The notes under the pieces were generated by a model, which saw nothing but the letters and a program-made list of their open reading frames with translations, was not told where the DNA came from and made no database searches. Below are positions 51,501 through 60,861 of a stretch of 64,000 nucleotides of DNA, piece by piece; the first letter of the stretch is position 1; each line of letters opens with the position of its first letter. Position numbers and translations under genes: made by a program. The stretch comes from an uncultured Gemmatimonadales bacterium (GTDB lineage: Bacteria > Gemmatimonadota > Gemmatimonadetes > Gemmatimonadales > Gemmatimonadaceae), in the NCBI GenBank assembly GCA_963793305.1, contig CAWBZV010000005.1:192001-256000 (forward strand), in the 5' to 3' direction.

Positions 51501-51587
51501 GCGCAACCGTTACTCGCTGCCGGACGAACCGGCGGGTCGCAAGCCGCGGCGTGGCGATGGACCTTCTCGTTCAATGACCTATGGTGA
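48501..51587 (+). CDS. M1-family metallo-aminopeptidase with a C-terminal beta-rich (Omp85-like) region; true start uncertain (frame open upstream of 48690)
   Basis: Signal-like RRRRRRAAFVFALGAVV and YWQQ upstream in frame; AQWYPK, GGTEFPM, HEAGH-X18-E (WMDEG), WFFDQW. Confidence 0.85.
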   Translation: MTTRRRRRRAAFVFALGAVVAGTPGRDRLGAQATTPPSGDTTGYWQQHVAYHIIARLDENAATVHASGTLVYRNNSPDTLRELFFHQYLNAFRPGSAWSVVDTREGRVRFQNLSDPDYGYERFTTPPTINGTSVIPEYPGAPDSTVARVALPHPLAPGDSCVIALRWDARPSTVLRRQGRRGRSYDFAQWYPKVAVYDRHGWEAPPFTPAGELYGEFGTYDVTLILRTDQIVAATGVVVAGDPGWMHRPTPGAGDEPGWRTVRFRANNVHHFAWTTSPDYRYEGGAYITPAETVAIHVLYRPGDEATWGRGIAVRRTEQALAWLESVYGPYAYPQLTNVHRLEGGGTEFPMMIMDGSASQGLILHEAGHQYTYAMLANNEYASAWMDEGLSDYQTGWAERLTRADRHQAPEGLQIPISQEGIHPPRARGYRALAVTPLPAEREDIRLDSLDLVHRDQPVGWSANQFSEFGIYNAMVYGRAVRMYGALRDILGETAWRVFLHGYYARWKFKHVDELALRTEAERAAGRDLSWFFDQWLRKIGLVEYALGGWTAAPDGDGWTSNVTVVRRGPYLHPIPVGIRTMDGWTFGRSEPLRDPDTVHVRTRLKPLEVRLDPDHLTEDWWPFDNGEITVSWFDSRMTRVTFDWPLLNQWREERFVTAILPYAWYSDPGHLTPAVRMRLNYQGWLDRLTIGLAAPTGPNVPGRSHVQGWFTLNDPAVGAKVSPQISISDWDLDGIDKFVLQHTWNMSPFVYANGPQRTVAVAFTSTIPYDFVFLDPTRWERHSVLSLSGTGSIRGPAPDSVRVHGFLDAGFVSGTNATRGYIRADASAKRVWSTSDGAHAIGIRGFASYDARAPIERAVFLAADDPTETFADDYLRPKGAPLARDDVHFSPLGGAGLRGYDPRLAVPGIVAVNAEATTRLFSLADSPRALGAYLGAFADAGTTFHGGVIETPALAAILPGETGHDLASHLLADAGVGVALRGYVYDQDVALRVDIPFLVAQPLLAAGRTGGSQAAAWRWTFSFNDLW

Positions 51588-51955
51588 GTGGCCGACATCC
51601 CATCCGCACCGTCCCGAAGCCCTGGGGCCATGAGACGATCTGGGCGCACACCGACGCCTACGTGGGCAAGATCTTGCATATCAAAGCCGGACACTCGTTG
51701 TCGCTGCAGTATCACAACCTGAAAGACGAGACCATCTACCTCCTGTCCGGCGAAATGATCTACCGGGTACAGATCGACGGCCAGCTCCAGGACGTCAAGC
51801 TCAAAGCGGGCGAGTCGTATCGGAACCTCCCTGGCACGATCCATCAGATGGAGGCGGTCACCGACTGCGACGTGCTCGAAGCATCGACCGCCCATCTCGA
51901 CGATGTCGTGAGACTGAAAGACCACTATGGCCGCGAGGGGACCTCGGCACCATGA
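51581..51955 (+). CDS. Cupin protein (mannose-6-phosphate isomerase type 2-like)
   Basis: KPWGHE, LSLQYHNLKDET, PGTIHQM, EASTAHLDDVVRL.D.YGR. Confidence 0.85.
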   Translation: MVSGRHPIRTVPKPWGHETIWAHTDAYVGKILHIKAGHSLSLQYHNLKDETIYLLSGEMIYRVQIDGQLQDVKLKAGESYRNLPGTIHQMEAVTDCDVLEASTAHLDDVVRLKDHYGREGTSAP

Positions 51956-52944
51956 AAGTCATCATCCCGCTCGCCGGCAAGGGCACGCGGCTCAGACCGC
52001 ACACGTACGTCGTCCCGAAGCCGATGCTCAAGATCGCCGGCAAGCCCGTGATGTCGTACATCATGGACGACTTGGCCCGACTCGGGAATATCGATGAGGT
52101 GATCTACATCACCGGCCACCTCAAGGAGCGCGTCGAAGCCTACGCGCGCCAGCAGTACCCGATGCACGCCTCGTTCATCGAGCAAACCGTACAGGATGGC
52201 ACCGCGGGCGCCGTGGCGCTGGCGAAGTCGCACATCGACCAACCCGTCCTCATCGTGTTCGTCGACACTATCTTCGACGCCGACCTGTCGATCATCAACC
52301 GCTCGACCGACGACGGGATCATCTGGACGAAAGTCGTCGAGGACTATCAGCGGTTCGGCGTCGTCGTCACGGACAAGAACGAGTACATGACGCGCATCGT
52401 CGAGAAGCCCTCCGAGCCGATCTCCAAGCGCGCCAACATCGGACTGTACTACATCAGAAATTGGCGCCTCATGTACGAGGGCATCGACTGGGTGCTGACC
52501 CAGCCGAAGAACAAGGGCGAGTACTATCTCACCGACGCGTTCCAGTACATGATCGACCACGGCGCGAAGATCAAAGTGATCGACGTCGCGGCGTGGTACG
52601 ATGCCGGGAAGCTCGACACGCTACTGGAGACGAACCGCGCGATGCTCGAGCGCGGCCACGCGCGGCGGCCCACCGGCAACACCGACGGCTCGCGGATTAT
52701 CGACCCGGTCTACATCGAGGACGGCGTCACGATCACGAACTCGACCGTCGGTCCCAACGTCTCGATCGGCGCCGGCACCGTGATCGACGGCTCAACCGTG
52801 CGCGACACGATCGTCGGCAACAAGGCGACGATCAAGACGTCGCGGCTCAATGACTCATTGATCGGCGACGAGGCCGTCCTGATCGGCGCCAACGGCGCGG
52901 TCAGTATCGGCGATCACGCCGAGGTCCGACTGACGGTCGGATGA
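51952..52944 (+). CDS. Sugar-1-phosphate nucleotidyltransferase with left-handed beta-helix tail
   Basis: IPLAGKGTRLRPHT..PKP, VEKP, GEYYLTDA, WYDAG, hexapeptide repeats. Confidence 0.9.
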   Translation: MKVIIPLAGKGTRLRPHTYVVPKPMLKIAGKPVMSYIMDDLARLGNIDEVIYITGHLKERVEAYARQQYPMHASFIEQTVQDGTAGAVALAKSHIDQPVLIVFVDTIFDADLSIINRSTDDGIIWTKVVEDYQRFGVVVTDKNEYMTRIVEKPSEPISKRANIGLYYIRNWRLMYEGIDWVLTQPKNKGEYYLTDAFQYMIDHGAKIKVIDVAAWYDAGKLDTLLETNRAMLERGHARRPTGNTDGSRIIDPVYIEDGVTITNSTVGPNVSIGAGTVIDGSTVRDTIVGNKATIKTSRLNDSLIGDEAVLIGANGAVSIGDHAEVRLTVG

Positions 52945-53033
52945 TCAAGGGGCGCCGCCACGACTGGCGGGCAAGGATCAGGCGGCGGACGGTTTCGTGG
53001 TCTTCGAACGTCTGCTGGAACGTGTAGCGCACG

Positions 53034-54215
53034 CTAGGCGAGGCCCGCGGCCGCGACGACGATCGTCAAGGCGCGGGCGAGACCGATAGTGCCAGCGGTG
53101 TTGTCGAACCACTCGCCGGGCGTGTGCGCGTCGCCACCGCGCCCGCCGGCGCCGATGGCGATCGCGGGAACGCCCAGGCTGATCGGGACGTTAGCGTCGG
53201 TCGACGCGGTGGAAAGCTCCGGCTCGCGGCCGATGAGGCGCGTGGCGTCGATCGCCGCGAGGACGAGGGGATGGTCGGCGGGCACGTCGCCACACGGACG
53301 ATCGCCGATCGTCTCGACCGCGCACGAGAGCGGCGGAGATCCGGTGGCGCGACGGGCATTCTCCTCGATCTCGGCGGACCGGACCGCGAGACGTACCTCG
53401 CGCTCGTAGCGGTCGAGCATCCGCACGGTCGTCGAGCGAAGGTCGACCTCCAGCCACGCTTCGTCGGCAATCGCGTTCACGGCGATCCCGCCGCCGACGC
53501 GCCCGACGCTAAGCGTCGTCCTCGGCTCCCGCGGCACGATGATCGACGCCAGCTTCGCGATCGCCGTCCCGGCCGCGTGCACGGGATTGACGACGCCGAA
53601 CGCCGCCCAACTGTGCCCGCCTGGCCCGCGATACACGATGCGATACCGTCGGGACCCGAGGCCGCGGTGCACGATGCGCTCGTCACCCGCGCCGTCGAGC
53701 GCGATCGCCGCGGCAACGTCATCGCGCGAGCGGAAGAACGCCTTGGCGCCCCGCAGGTCGCCCGTCCCTTCCTCACCCGTCGTCGCCACGAAATCGATCG
53801 GACGGTCCGTCTTGAGCCGCACGCCGTCGATCTCCTCGGCCAACGCCAGCATCGCCGCGAGACCGCGGCCATTGTCGCCAATGCCCGGCCCAAGGAGCAA
53901 TTCACCGTCCTGTCGCACGCGGACGGTCGTGCCGCGAGGAAAGACCGTGTCCAGATGCGCGCAGACGGCGACCGCCGGTCCCGCCCGCCCGCCGCGCCGC
54001 CGGCCGATCACGTTGCCGGCCGCATCGGACCGGATATCGGAGAGGCCGAGCGCCGTAAAGCGCCGGGCGATCCACGCCGCTCGACGCTGCTCCTCGCCAG
54101 TCGGCGCCGCGATCTCCGATACCGCCACCTGCACGCGGACGATCGCCGCGTCGCGCGCCGTCATCCGCCGGCGCGCGTCGCTCAGGAGTGCATGGGTCTC
54201 AGCAGTGGTCATCAT
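53034..54215 (-). CDS. M20/M28-family metallopeptidase
   Basis: AHLDTVF, GIGDN, TGEEG.GDLRG, GGHSW, STDAN, AHTPGEW. Confidence 0.88.
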   Translation of the reverse strand: MMTTAETHALLSDARRRMTARDAAIVRVQVAVSEIAAPTGEEQRRAAWIARRFTALGLSDIRSDAAGNVIGRRRGGRAGPAVAVCAHLDTVFPRGTTVRVRQDGELLLGPGIGDNGRGLAAMLALAEEIDGVRLKTDRPIDFVATTGEEGTGDLRGAKAFFRSRDDVAAAIALDGAGDERIVHRGLGSRRYRIVYRGPGGHSWAAFGVVNPVHAAGTAIAKLASIIVPREPRTTLSVGRVGGGIAVNAIADEAWLEVDLRSTTVRMLDRYEREVRLAVRSAEIEENARRATGSPPLSCAVETIGDRPCGDVPADHPLVLAAIDATRLIGREPELSTASTDANVPISLGVPAIAIGAGGRGGDAHTPGEWFDNTAGTIGLARALTIVVAAAGLA

Positions 54216-54313
54216 CGGACCGATCGCAATGTAGCTAAATTTCGCTGAGCCGCCGACTGGCGTCGTCCGCTCATCAACAGCCCGTCACCTTGTGGCGCCG
54301 GGGTTCCCCGCTA

Positions 54314-55576
54314 ATGCAAGACCTGATGTATGACTGGAACACAATCCCGGGAGGCCCCGAGGGGTTCGATTGGGCCGGGGCCCGGGTCGAGATCCAGGAC
54401 GAGACGCTGCGCGACGGCGCCCAGAGCGTGTCGGTGGTCGAGCCCCGGCTCGATGACAAAAAAGCCCTGCTCCATCACGCCGCCGCGCTCGGCGTCCATT
54501 CGGTCGCCCTCGGCTTTCCCGCCATGGGGGAACGAGCCGCGGCCCATGTGGTCGCGCTTGCTCGCGAGATCGCCGACACGAGACTGCCCCTTGCCGCTAC
54601 CTGCGCGGCTCGCACGCTCCCCGCCGATATCCTCGCGATCGCCGAGGCATCGCAAAAAGCGGGGCTCCCGATCGAGGTCGCAACGTTCATCGGGGCATCC
54701 CGCATCCGACAGCTAGTCGAGGGCTGGACACTCGATGACATGTGCCGGCGAGTCGAGGGTGCCGTGACCACGGCCGTCCGGGCGGGGCACGACGTCATGT
54801 TCGTCACTGAGGACACCACGCGGGCGCACCCTGACTCGTTGCATGCTCTCTATAGCGCCGCGCTTCGCGCTGGCGCTCGCCGCGTCTGCATCGCGGACAC
54901 CGTCGGCTGCGCAACACCCCACGGCGTGCGGCGACTGGTCGGCTGGATCGGCGCCGAGTTCCCGACGGCTACAATCGATTGGCACGGGCACCGCGACCGC
55001 GGCCTCGGCCTCGCAAACTGCCTGACAGCGATCGAAGCCGGAGCCGACCGTGTGCACGCGACGGCCTTGGGGCTAGGCGAGCGCGTCGGCAACGTCGAGA
55101 TGGAGCTCCTGCTCGTGAATCTCTCGATGCTCGGCGCCCACCGGCACCCCATCGATTGCCTCAGCGAATATTCCCGACTGGCATCCCGGGCGTTCGACGT
55201 CCCGATTCCGGCGAACCACCCGGTCGTCGGCGCCGATGCCCATGCGACCGGCGCCGGAACGCACGCCGCGGCGATACTCAAAGCGGGTATCCTCCGCGAC
55301 CGCCTCTACACGGCATTCCCGCCGGCCATGATCGGCCGACAGCAAGAGGTCCGCATCTCGCCTGCGTCAGGCGCGTCGAACGTCCGCTGGTGGCTCGAAG
55401 AGCGGGGCTATGTCGCTGACGCCGGGGACGCCGGACTCGTCGCCTACCTACTGATGGCCGCGAAAGCCTCGGACCGCACACTCGCCGCGGACGAAATCGA
55501 AGCGCTGCGCGGCGAGTATCTCAGCAGCAGCGCGCGCCAGGACGCTCGTACCGCGCCGCCATCCGCTCGCGCATAA
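54314..55576 (+). CDS. LeuA/homocitrate synthase-family (DRE-TIM) enzyme lacking the regulatory domain
   Basis: DETLRDGAQS, EDTTR, ADTVG, HGHRDRG, GLGERVGN. Confidence 0.85.
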   Translation: MQDLMYDWNTIPGGPEGFDWAGARVEIQDETLRDGAQSVSVVEPRLDDKKALLHHAAALGVHSVALGFPAMGERAAAHVVALAREIADTRLPLAATCAARTLPADILAIAEASQKAGLPIEVATFIGASRIRQLVEGWTLDDMCRRVEGAVTTAVRAGHDVMFVTEDTTRAHPDSLHALYSAALRAGARRVCIADTVGCATPHGVRRLVGWIGAEFPTATIDWHGHRDRGLGLANCLTAIEAGADRVHATALGLGERVGNVEMELLLVNLSMLGAHRHPIDCLSEYSRLASRAFDVPIPANHPVVGADAHATGAGTHAAAILKAGILRDRLYTAFPPAMIGRQQEVRISPASGASNVRWWLEERGYVADAGDAGLVAYLLMAAKASDRTLAADEIEALRGEYLSSSARQDARTAPPSARA

Positions 55577-55697
55577 AGGCGTCTCGCGAGAGCACCGGCT
55601 CGGCAGGGTGATGCTCGCGCATGTGGGCGACGTAGCGCTCATAATCGGGCACCCCGATGATTCGCAGAACCGCTGAGCGCAGCGTGGCGGCGGTCAT
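55521..55697 (-). CDS. YbdD/YjiX-family small protein associated with CstA
   Basis: GVPDYERYVAHMREHHP...RY...RCC; directly downstream of cstA. Confidence 0.88.
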   Translation of the reverse strand: MTAATLRSAVLRIIGVPDYERYVAHMREHHPAEPVLSRDAFMRERMAARYERPGARCC

Positions 55698-57665
55698 GGC
55701 TGCGGCGCCAGATTCGGAGCCGGCGAGATCACGCGGAGCCACACGCGAACGGCGTCGAACACGACGATCAGCACCGACACCAGGAAGAATCCCGCCACGG
55801 CCGCGTCGAGATAGTCAGCGAACGCCAGCGACCCCGTCACCGTCTTCGCGTGCGCCAGAAGCCCGAGCCTCGGATCCGCCGCAAAAATCTTCTGCACACT
55901 GGCCGTACTGGTCACCGCGACCAGCCAGACGAGCGGGACGAGCGTTACGAGCGCGTATCGCGGTTTCCCCATCTTGATGATCACCGTCGTACCGACCGAC
56001 AGCGCGATGGCCGCAAGCAGCTGGTTCGCGATGCCGAACAGCGGCCACAGATTGTTGAAGCCGCCGGTGATCCCCTGGATGAGGAACACGCCCCAACCCG
56101 CGACGAAGAGCGCGCTCGCTAGCACGGCCCCCGGGTACCAACTGACCCTTCCAAACGGTTGCCACACATTCGACAACAAATCTTGCAGAATAAAGCGGCC
56201 CACGCGCGTGCCAGCGTCGAGTACTGTCAAGATGAACAGCGCCTCGAACATGATGGCGAAGTGATACCAGAGCGCCAGGGCGCCACCGCCCGAGAAGAAC
56301 GACGAAAATATTGTCGCCATGCCGACCGCGAGACTCGGCGCGCCGCCAGTTCGCGACAGCAGCGATGACTCGCCGACTCGGCGGGCCAGCTCGGTGAGAT
56401 CGCTCGGCGAGACCTGGAAGCCCCAGGACGTGACAGCGGCCGCCGCACTCGTGGCCGTGGTCCCAATCGCGCTCGCCGGCGAGTTGATGGCGAAATACAC
56501 CCCGGGCGTCAGCGCACAGGCCGCGATCAGCGCCATGACCGCGACCATGGACTCCGTCAGCATGCCGCCATAGCCGACCGGTCGCGCATCGGGTTCGCTC
56601 TCCAGCATTTTCGGCGTCGTCCCCGACGAGATCAGCGCATGAAACCCCGAGACGGCCCCGCAGGCAATCGTGATGAACGCGAAGGGAAAGAGCGACCCCG
56701 CGAACACGGGTCCGGTGCCGTCGATGTACTTGGTCAGCGCCGGCATCTTGAGCGGCGGCAGGAGAAACAAGAATGCCGACAGCCAAAGCGAATACGACAC
56801 CGATCTTCACGAACGCCGACAAGTAGTCGCGTGGAGCCAGGAGCAACCACACCGGAAGGACGGACGCGGCGAAGCCATAGATCATGAGCGACCACGCCAG
56901 AACCATTGGACTCAAGGTGAAGAGCCGAGCAATGACCGGGTCGGCCGCGGCCCATTGGCCGGCGAACAAGGCGCCGACGAGCATCACGACGCCAATGGCG
57001 GTCGCCTCGAGCACCCAATGCGGCCGAACCCATCGGAGATACACCCCGAGGAACAGCGCGATCGGGATGGTCAGCATCAGCGTGACGGTGCCCCAGGGGC
57101 TCGACTTGAGCGCGTTGACGATCACGAGCGCCAGGACGGCGATCAAAATGATCATGATCCCGAGGATCGCGAATAACGCCATGCCGCCCGCGACAGGCCC
57201 GATCTCGTCCTTGGCCATGGCGGCGAGGGACTTGCCATCCCGTCTGATCGACGCACACAGAATCACGAAATCCTGGACCGCGCCGCCAAGGACGGCGCCC
57301 AGGAGGAGCCAGATCGTTCCCGGGAGAAAGCCGAATTGCGCCGCCAGCGTCGGCCCAACCAAGGGGCCGGGTCCGGCAATCGCCGCGAAATGATGCCCGA
57401 ACACGATCACCCGGTTCGTCGGCACATAGTCCCGGCCATCGTTGAACCGGACGGCCGGCGTGGTCCGCGACGCGTCGAGCTGAAACACGCGCCGCGCAAT
57501 GAATCGGCTATAAAACCGATATCCAATGGCATAGGTGGCGACGGCTGCGGTGAGCAGCCAGGCAGCACTGACGGTCTCGCCTCTCGCGAGCGCCAGCATC
57601 GCAAACGATCCGGCGCCAACAAGCCCAACGCCAATCCAGAGAGCTACACGGGCGGCCTTCGACAT
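55694..57665 (-). CDS. cstA: Carbon starvation CstA-family transporter; one frameshift near 56770
   Basis: TPA...DGRDYVP, GHHFAAIAGPGPLVGP, LLAPRDYLS, then TIACGAVSGFHALISSGTT, LDAGTRVGR, WPLFGIANQLL. Confidence 0.93.
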
Positions 57666-57688
57666 ACGGATATATTAGCTTACGCACC

Positions 57689-58375
57689 GTGAAACGACTT
57701 CTTCTGTTGATCGCGTGCGTCGGGTGCAACGCGCACGTGCCGGGTACCAACTCGCTGTCCCTCCGGCCGATTCCCGGCCGTGCCCTCTCCGGTACCGAAG
57801 GCCAGTCGATCGTCGTGACGCCGGTCATGTACATCCGGCAGAACGACCCGCCGCTCTACTGGGGCCGGGCCATCGATAGGCCGCGCGACTACATGCGGCA
57901 CGCCGACACGTTAATCGAGACGGCGCTCACCCAGCGCGCGCCCCGCGCGCACTTCGTGTTTGCCGCGGAGATCGAGCGACAGCGGATGCGCAACCCCGGC
58001 TATATCGCCGACCCGTATGCGCTGTCCGGCGCGCAACTGTTGCCGGCAGTCCATCGGCCGGGCAATCCGATTCAGGAGCCGTTGGCGAGCGAGCTCCGGA
58101 CGTTGGTCAACTTCCAGGAGAGCGCGCGGTACGTGCTGATCCCCGTCGAGATCCATTTCACCAATGGGGCGGACGCCGATCCGAAGAAACCGCCGCCGCC
58201 ACCGCCACCGGGAGCGATCGTGATGGCGCAGCCGGTGCTACGCGTGGTGCTCTACGACGCGAGAGCGACGGTGGTGCTGTGGCAGGGCAATGTGGTCGGC
58301 GACCCCACCCAGTCGCCGAACGGGGCCATGGAGAGCGTCGCCCGCTACCTCGGCGACCGACTCGGCACACCCTGA
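57689..58375 (+). CDS. Putative lipoprotein of unknown function
   Basis: MKRLLLLIACVGC lipobox-like signal; poly-Pro stretch. Confidence 0.65.
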   Translation: MKRLLLLIACVGCNAHVPGTNSLSLRPIPGRALSGTEGQSIVVTPVMYIRQNDPPLYWGRAIDRPRDYMRHADTLIETALTQRAPRAHFVFAAEIERQRMRNPGYIADPYALSGAQLLPAVHRPGNPIQEPLASELRTLVNFQESARYVLIPVEIHFTNGADADPKKPPPPPPPGAIVMAQPVLRVVLYDARATVVLWQGNVVGDPTQSPNGAMESVARYLGDRLGTP

Positions 58376-58383
58376 GCCCCACC

Positions 58384-59403
58384 ATGCCAACCCCGGTTAC
58401 GCTGATTCCCGGAGATGGGATCGGCCCCGGCATCACGGCGGCGACGGTCCGGATCCTCGAAGCGGCGCGGGCCGAGATCGCCTGGGAGACCCACGTCGCG
58501 GGCCTCGCGGGTGTGATGCAGCATCACGATCCAATGCCGCAGTCGACGCTCGACTCGATCACCCGTACGGGTCTGGCCCTCAAGGGGCCGCTCGAGACTC
58601 CCGTGGGCGAAGGCTTTCGCTCCATCAACGTCGCGTTGCGCACGACGTTCGACCTCTACGCCAACGTCCGCCCAGCGCACGTGATTCGTCAGGGCGGCCG
58701 CTTCGAGAAGGTCGATATCGTCCTCGTGCGCGAGAACACCGAAGGGCTCTACGTCGGCGTCGAGCACTATATCAAAATCGGCGACGATCCCCACGCGGCG
58801 GCCGAATCCGTGGCGATTATTACCCGGAAAGGCGCCGAGCGCGTGATTCGCTACGCGTTCGAGTACGCCGTGCAGCACCGCCGGAAGAAGGTCACGCTCG
58901 TCCACAAAGCGAATATTCTCAAATTCTCCCAAGGGCTCTTTCTCGAAACCGGCCGGAAGATCGCCGCCGAGTACGCGCCCAAGGGCATCGCCTTTGGTGA
59001 GAAGATCGTCAATGCCATGGCCATGGATCTCGTCCTGCGGCCGGAAGCGTACAACGTCATCGTGACGACGAATCTGTTCGGCGATATTCTGTCGGACGAG
59101 ATCTCGGGACTGGTCGGGGGACTCGGCCTCGCGCCGGGCGCCAATATCGGAGCGAGAGCCGCGATCTTCGAGGCGGTGCACGGCACGGCGCCGGATCTCG
59201 CGGGCAAGAACGTCGCCAACCCCAGCGCCTTGACGTTCGCGGCATGCATGATGCTCGATCACCTGGGCAACGTCACGCGAGCCGATCGCATCCGCGCCGC
59301 GGTCGAATCCACCATCCGCGACGGCACGACGATCACGCGGGATCTGGGCGGCACAGCCACCACCAATGAGTTCACGGACGCGGTGATCGCGAAGCTGTTG
59401 TGA
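58384..59403 (+). CDS. Isocitrate/isopropylmalate dehydrogenase-family enzyme (NAD-IDH-like)
   Basis: IPGDGIGP, SINVALR, RENTEG, HKANI, NLFGDILSD, FEAVHGTAPD, TRDLGG. Confidence 0.9.
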   Translation: MPTPVTLIPGDGIGPGITAATVRILEAARAEIAWETHVAGLAGVMQHHDPMPQSTLDSITRTGLALKGPLETPVGEGFRSINVALRTTFDLYANVRPAHVIRQGGRFEKVDIVLVRENTEGLYVGVEHYIKIGDDPHAAAESVAIITRKGAERVIRYAFEYAVQHRRKKVTLVHKANILKFSQGLFLETGRKIAAEYAPKGIAFGEKIVNAMAMDLVLRPEAYNVIVTTNLFGDILSDEISGLVGGLGLAPGANIGARAAIFEAVHGTAPDLAGKNVANPSALTFAACMMLDHLGNVTRADRIRAAVESTIRDGTTITRDLGGTATTNEFTDAVIAKLL

Positions 59404-60194
59404 CGCGCATCTTGCACGTGTCGGACCTCCATTTCGGGTGGCCCGCCATGTTGCCCATCATCGATGCGCTCGACGCGCTGATCCGCGCCGAGCGCTACAA
59501 TGTGGTCGCGGTCTCGGGTGACCTGTCACAGCGCTCGAAAGCGGGAGAGTTCCAACGCGCGCTCGTGTTTCTCCAGAACGCCGCGCAACACGGCGCGACG
59601 ATCACCGTGCCGGGGAATCACGACGTGGCCTGGTGGTTCGCGCCCCTTGGTGTCGGGGCTCCGGATCGCCTCTACCGGAACTACCGGCGTTGGATCGCGA
59701 CGACGATCGAGCCGGTCCTGCACGTGCCCGGCGTCACGCTCGTGGGGCTGAACACGGCGCACGGCGTCTCGTGGGACACGCTGACCGGCAACCCGCGGGA
59801 CGTGTCCATCGTCGGCTCGCTGCGCGACTCGCAGATCGCGTGGGCCGGGACGCAATTTCCAGCCGGCGACGCACGGGTGATCGTGATGCATCACAATCCG
59901 ACGTTCGGCGCGCTGTCCCAACGCTACGGTATCACCCGTCCCCACCGCGCGCTGCAGGCTCTGTCGGAAATCAACGTCAACCTCGTGCTCTGTGGCCATG
60001 ATCACCAGGAGGCGATCGTCGCCGAAGGCCGCATGTTGATCTCGGTCGCCGGGACCGTCTCGAGCCGCTCTCGGGGACATCGTCCGCAATCAGTGAACGT
60101 TTGCACAATCACTCGCCAGACGGTCGAGGTGCAGACGCTGGTCTGGAACGGACAAGAGTTTGAGCCGGGGCCGCCAACATGCGTGAGCAGGTAG
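59400..60194 (+). CDS. Calcineurin-like metallophosphoesterase (CpdA/Icc-like)
   Basis: SDLHFG, SGDL, PGNHD, HH, CGHDH. Confidence 0.88.
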   Translation: MTRILHVSDLHFGWPAMLPIIDALDALIRAERYNVVAVSGDLSQRSKAGEFQRALVFLQNAAQHGATITVPGNHDVAWWFAPLGVGAPDRLYRNYRRWIATTIEPVLHVPGVTLVGLNTAHGVSWDTLTGNPRDVSIVGSLRDSQIAWAGTQFPAGDARVIVMHHNPTFGALSQRYGITRPHRALQALSEINVNLVLCGHDHQEAIVAEGRMLISVAGTVSSRSRGHRPQSVNVCTITRQTVEVQTLVWNGQEFEPGPPTCVSR

Positions 60195-60850
60195 AGCAGC
60201 TCGAGCTCGCGTTCGCGCCCCGCAACGCCGACGAGCTCCTGTCGCGTCTCATCGACGACGGTTTGCGCGGTATCACGTCGCTGCGCCTCACGCGAAATCG
60301 CGCCACCATGGTCAGCTATCGCGGCAGCGCGCTCAGGGTCCATCGCGCGTTTCTCACGGCGCCAAGAGACGTACTGCACGCCATCGCGACTTTTGTCAGT
60401 GGCCGCACGCGAGTGGAGCGAGCGGCGGCACGAAGGCTGTTATTGGCCTACCCGGTGCCGCGAGACGACCGGCCCCGACGAGCAAGGCGCGAGCCCAGGC
60501 ATCCAGACGACGCGCCGACCGAAGAGCGCCTGACCGCCGCGCACCACGCGCTCAACGCCGAGCGTTTCGGCGGCATGTTGCACCCGATATCGATTCGAGT
60601 CTCACGGCGTCTCAAAAGCCGCCTGGGCTACTATCGCGTGAGGACCGCGCACGAACCGCCGGAGATCGTGATCAGCCGCCGCCATCTCCGTCGCCACGGA
60701 TGGACCGAGGCGCTCGCCACCCTCGTGCACGAGATGGTGCACCAGTGGCAGGACGAGCGCGGCGGACCGGTTGACCACGGCCGTGTGTTCCGTGCCAAGG
60801 CGAGAGAGGTGGGCGTCCCGGCGGCTGCGCGGCGGGCCGTCACCCAATAG
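60179..60850 (+). CDS. SprT-like zinc metalloprotease-domain protein
   Basis: SRRLKSRLG, TLVHEMVHQW, HGRVF. Confidence 0.82.
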   Translation: MREQVEQLELAFAPRNADELLSRLIDDGLRGITSLRLTRNRATMVSYRGSALRVHRAFLTAPRDVLHAIATFVSGRTRVERAAARRLLLAYPVPRDDRPRRARREPRHPDDAPTEERLTAAHHALNAERFGGMLHPISIRVSRRLKSRLGYYRVRTAHEPPEIVISRRHLRRHGWTEALATLVHEMVHQWQDERGGPVDHGRVFRAKAREVGVPAAARRAVTQ

Positions 60851-60861
60851 CTTTCGGTGCT

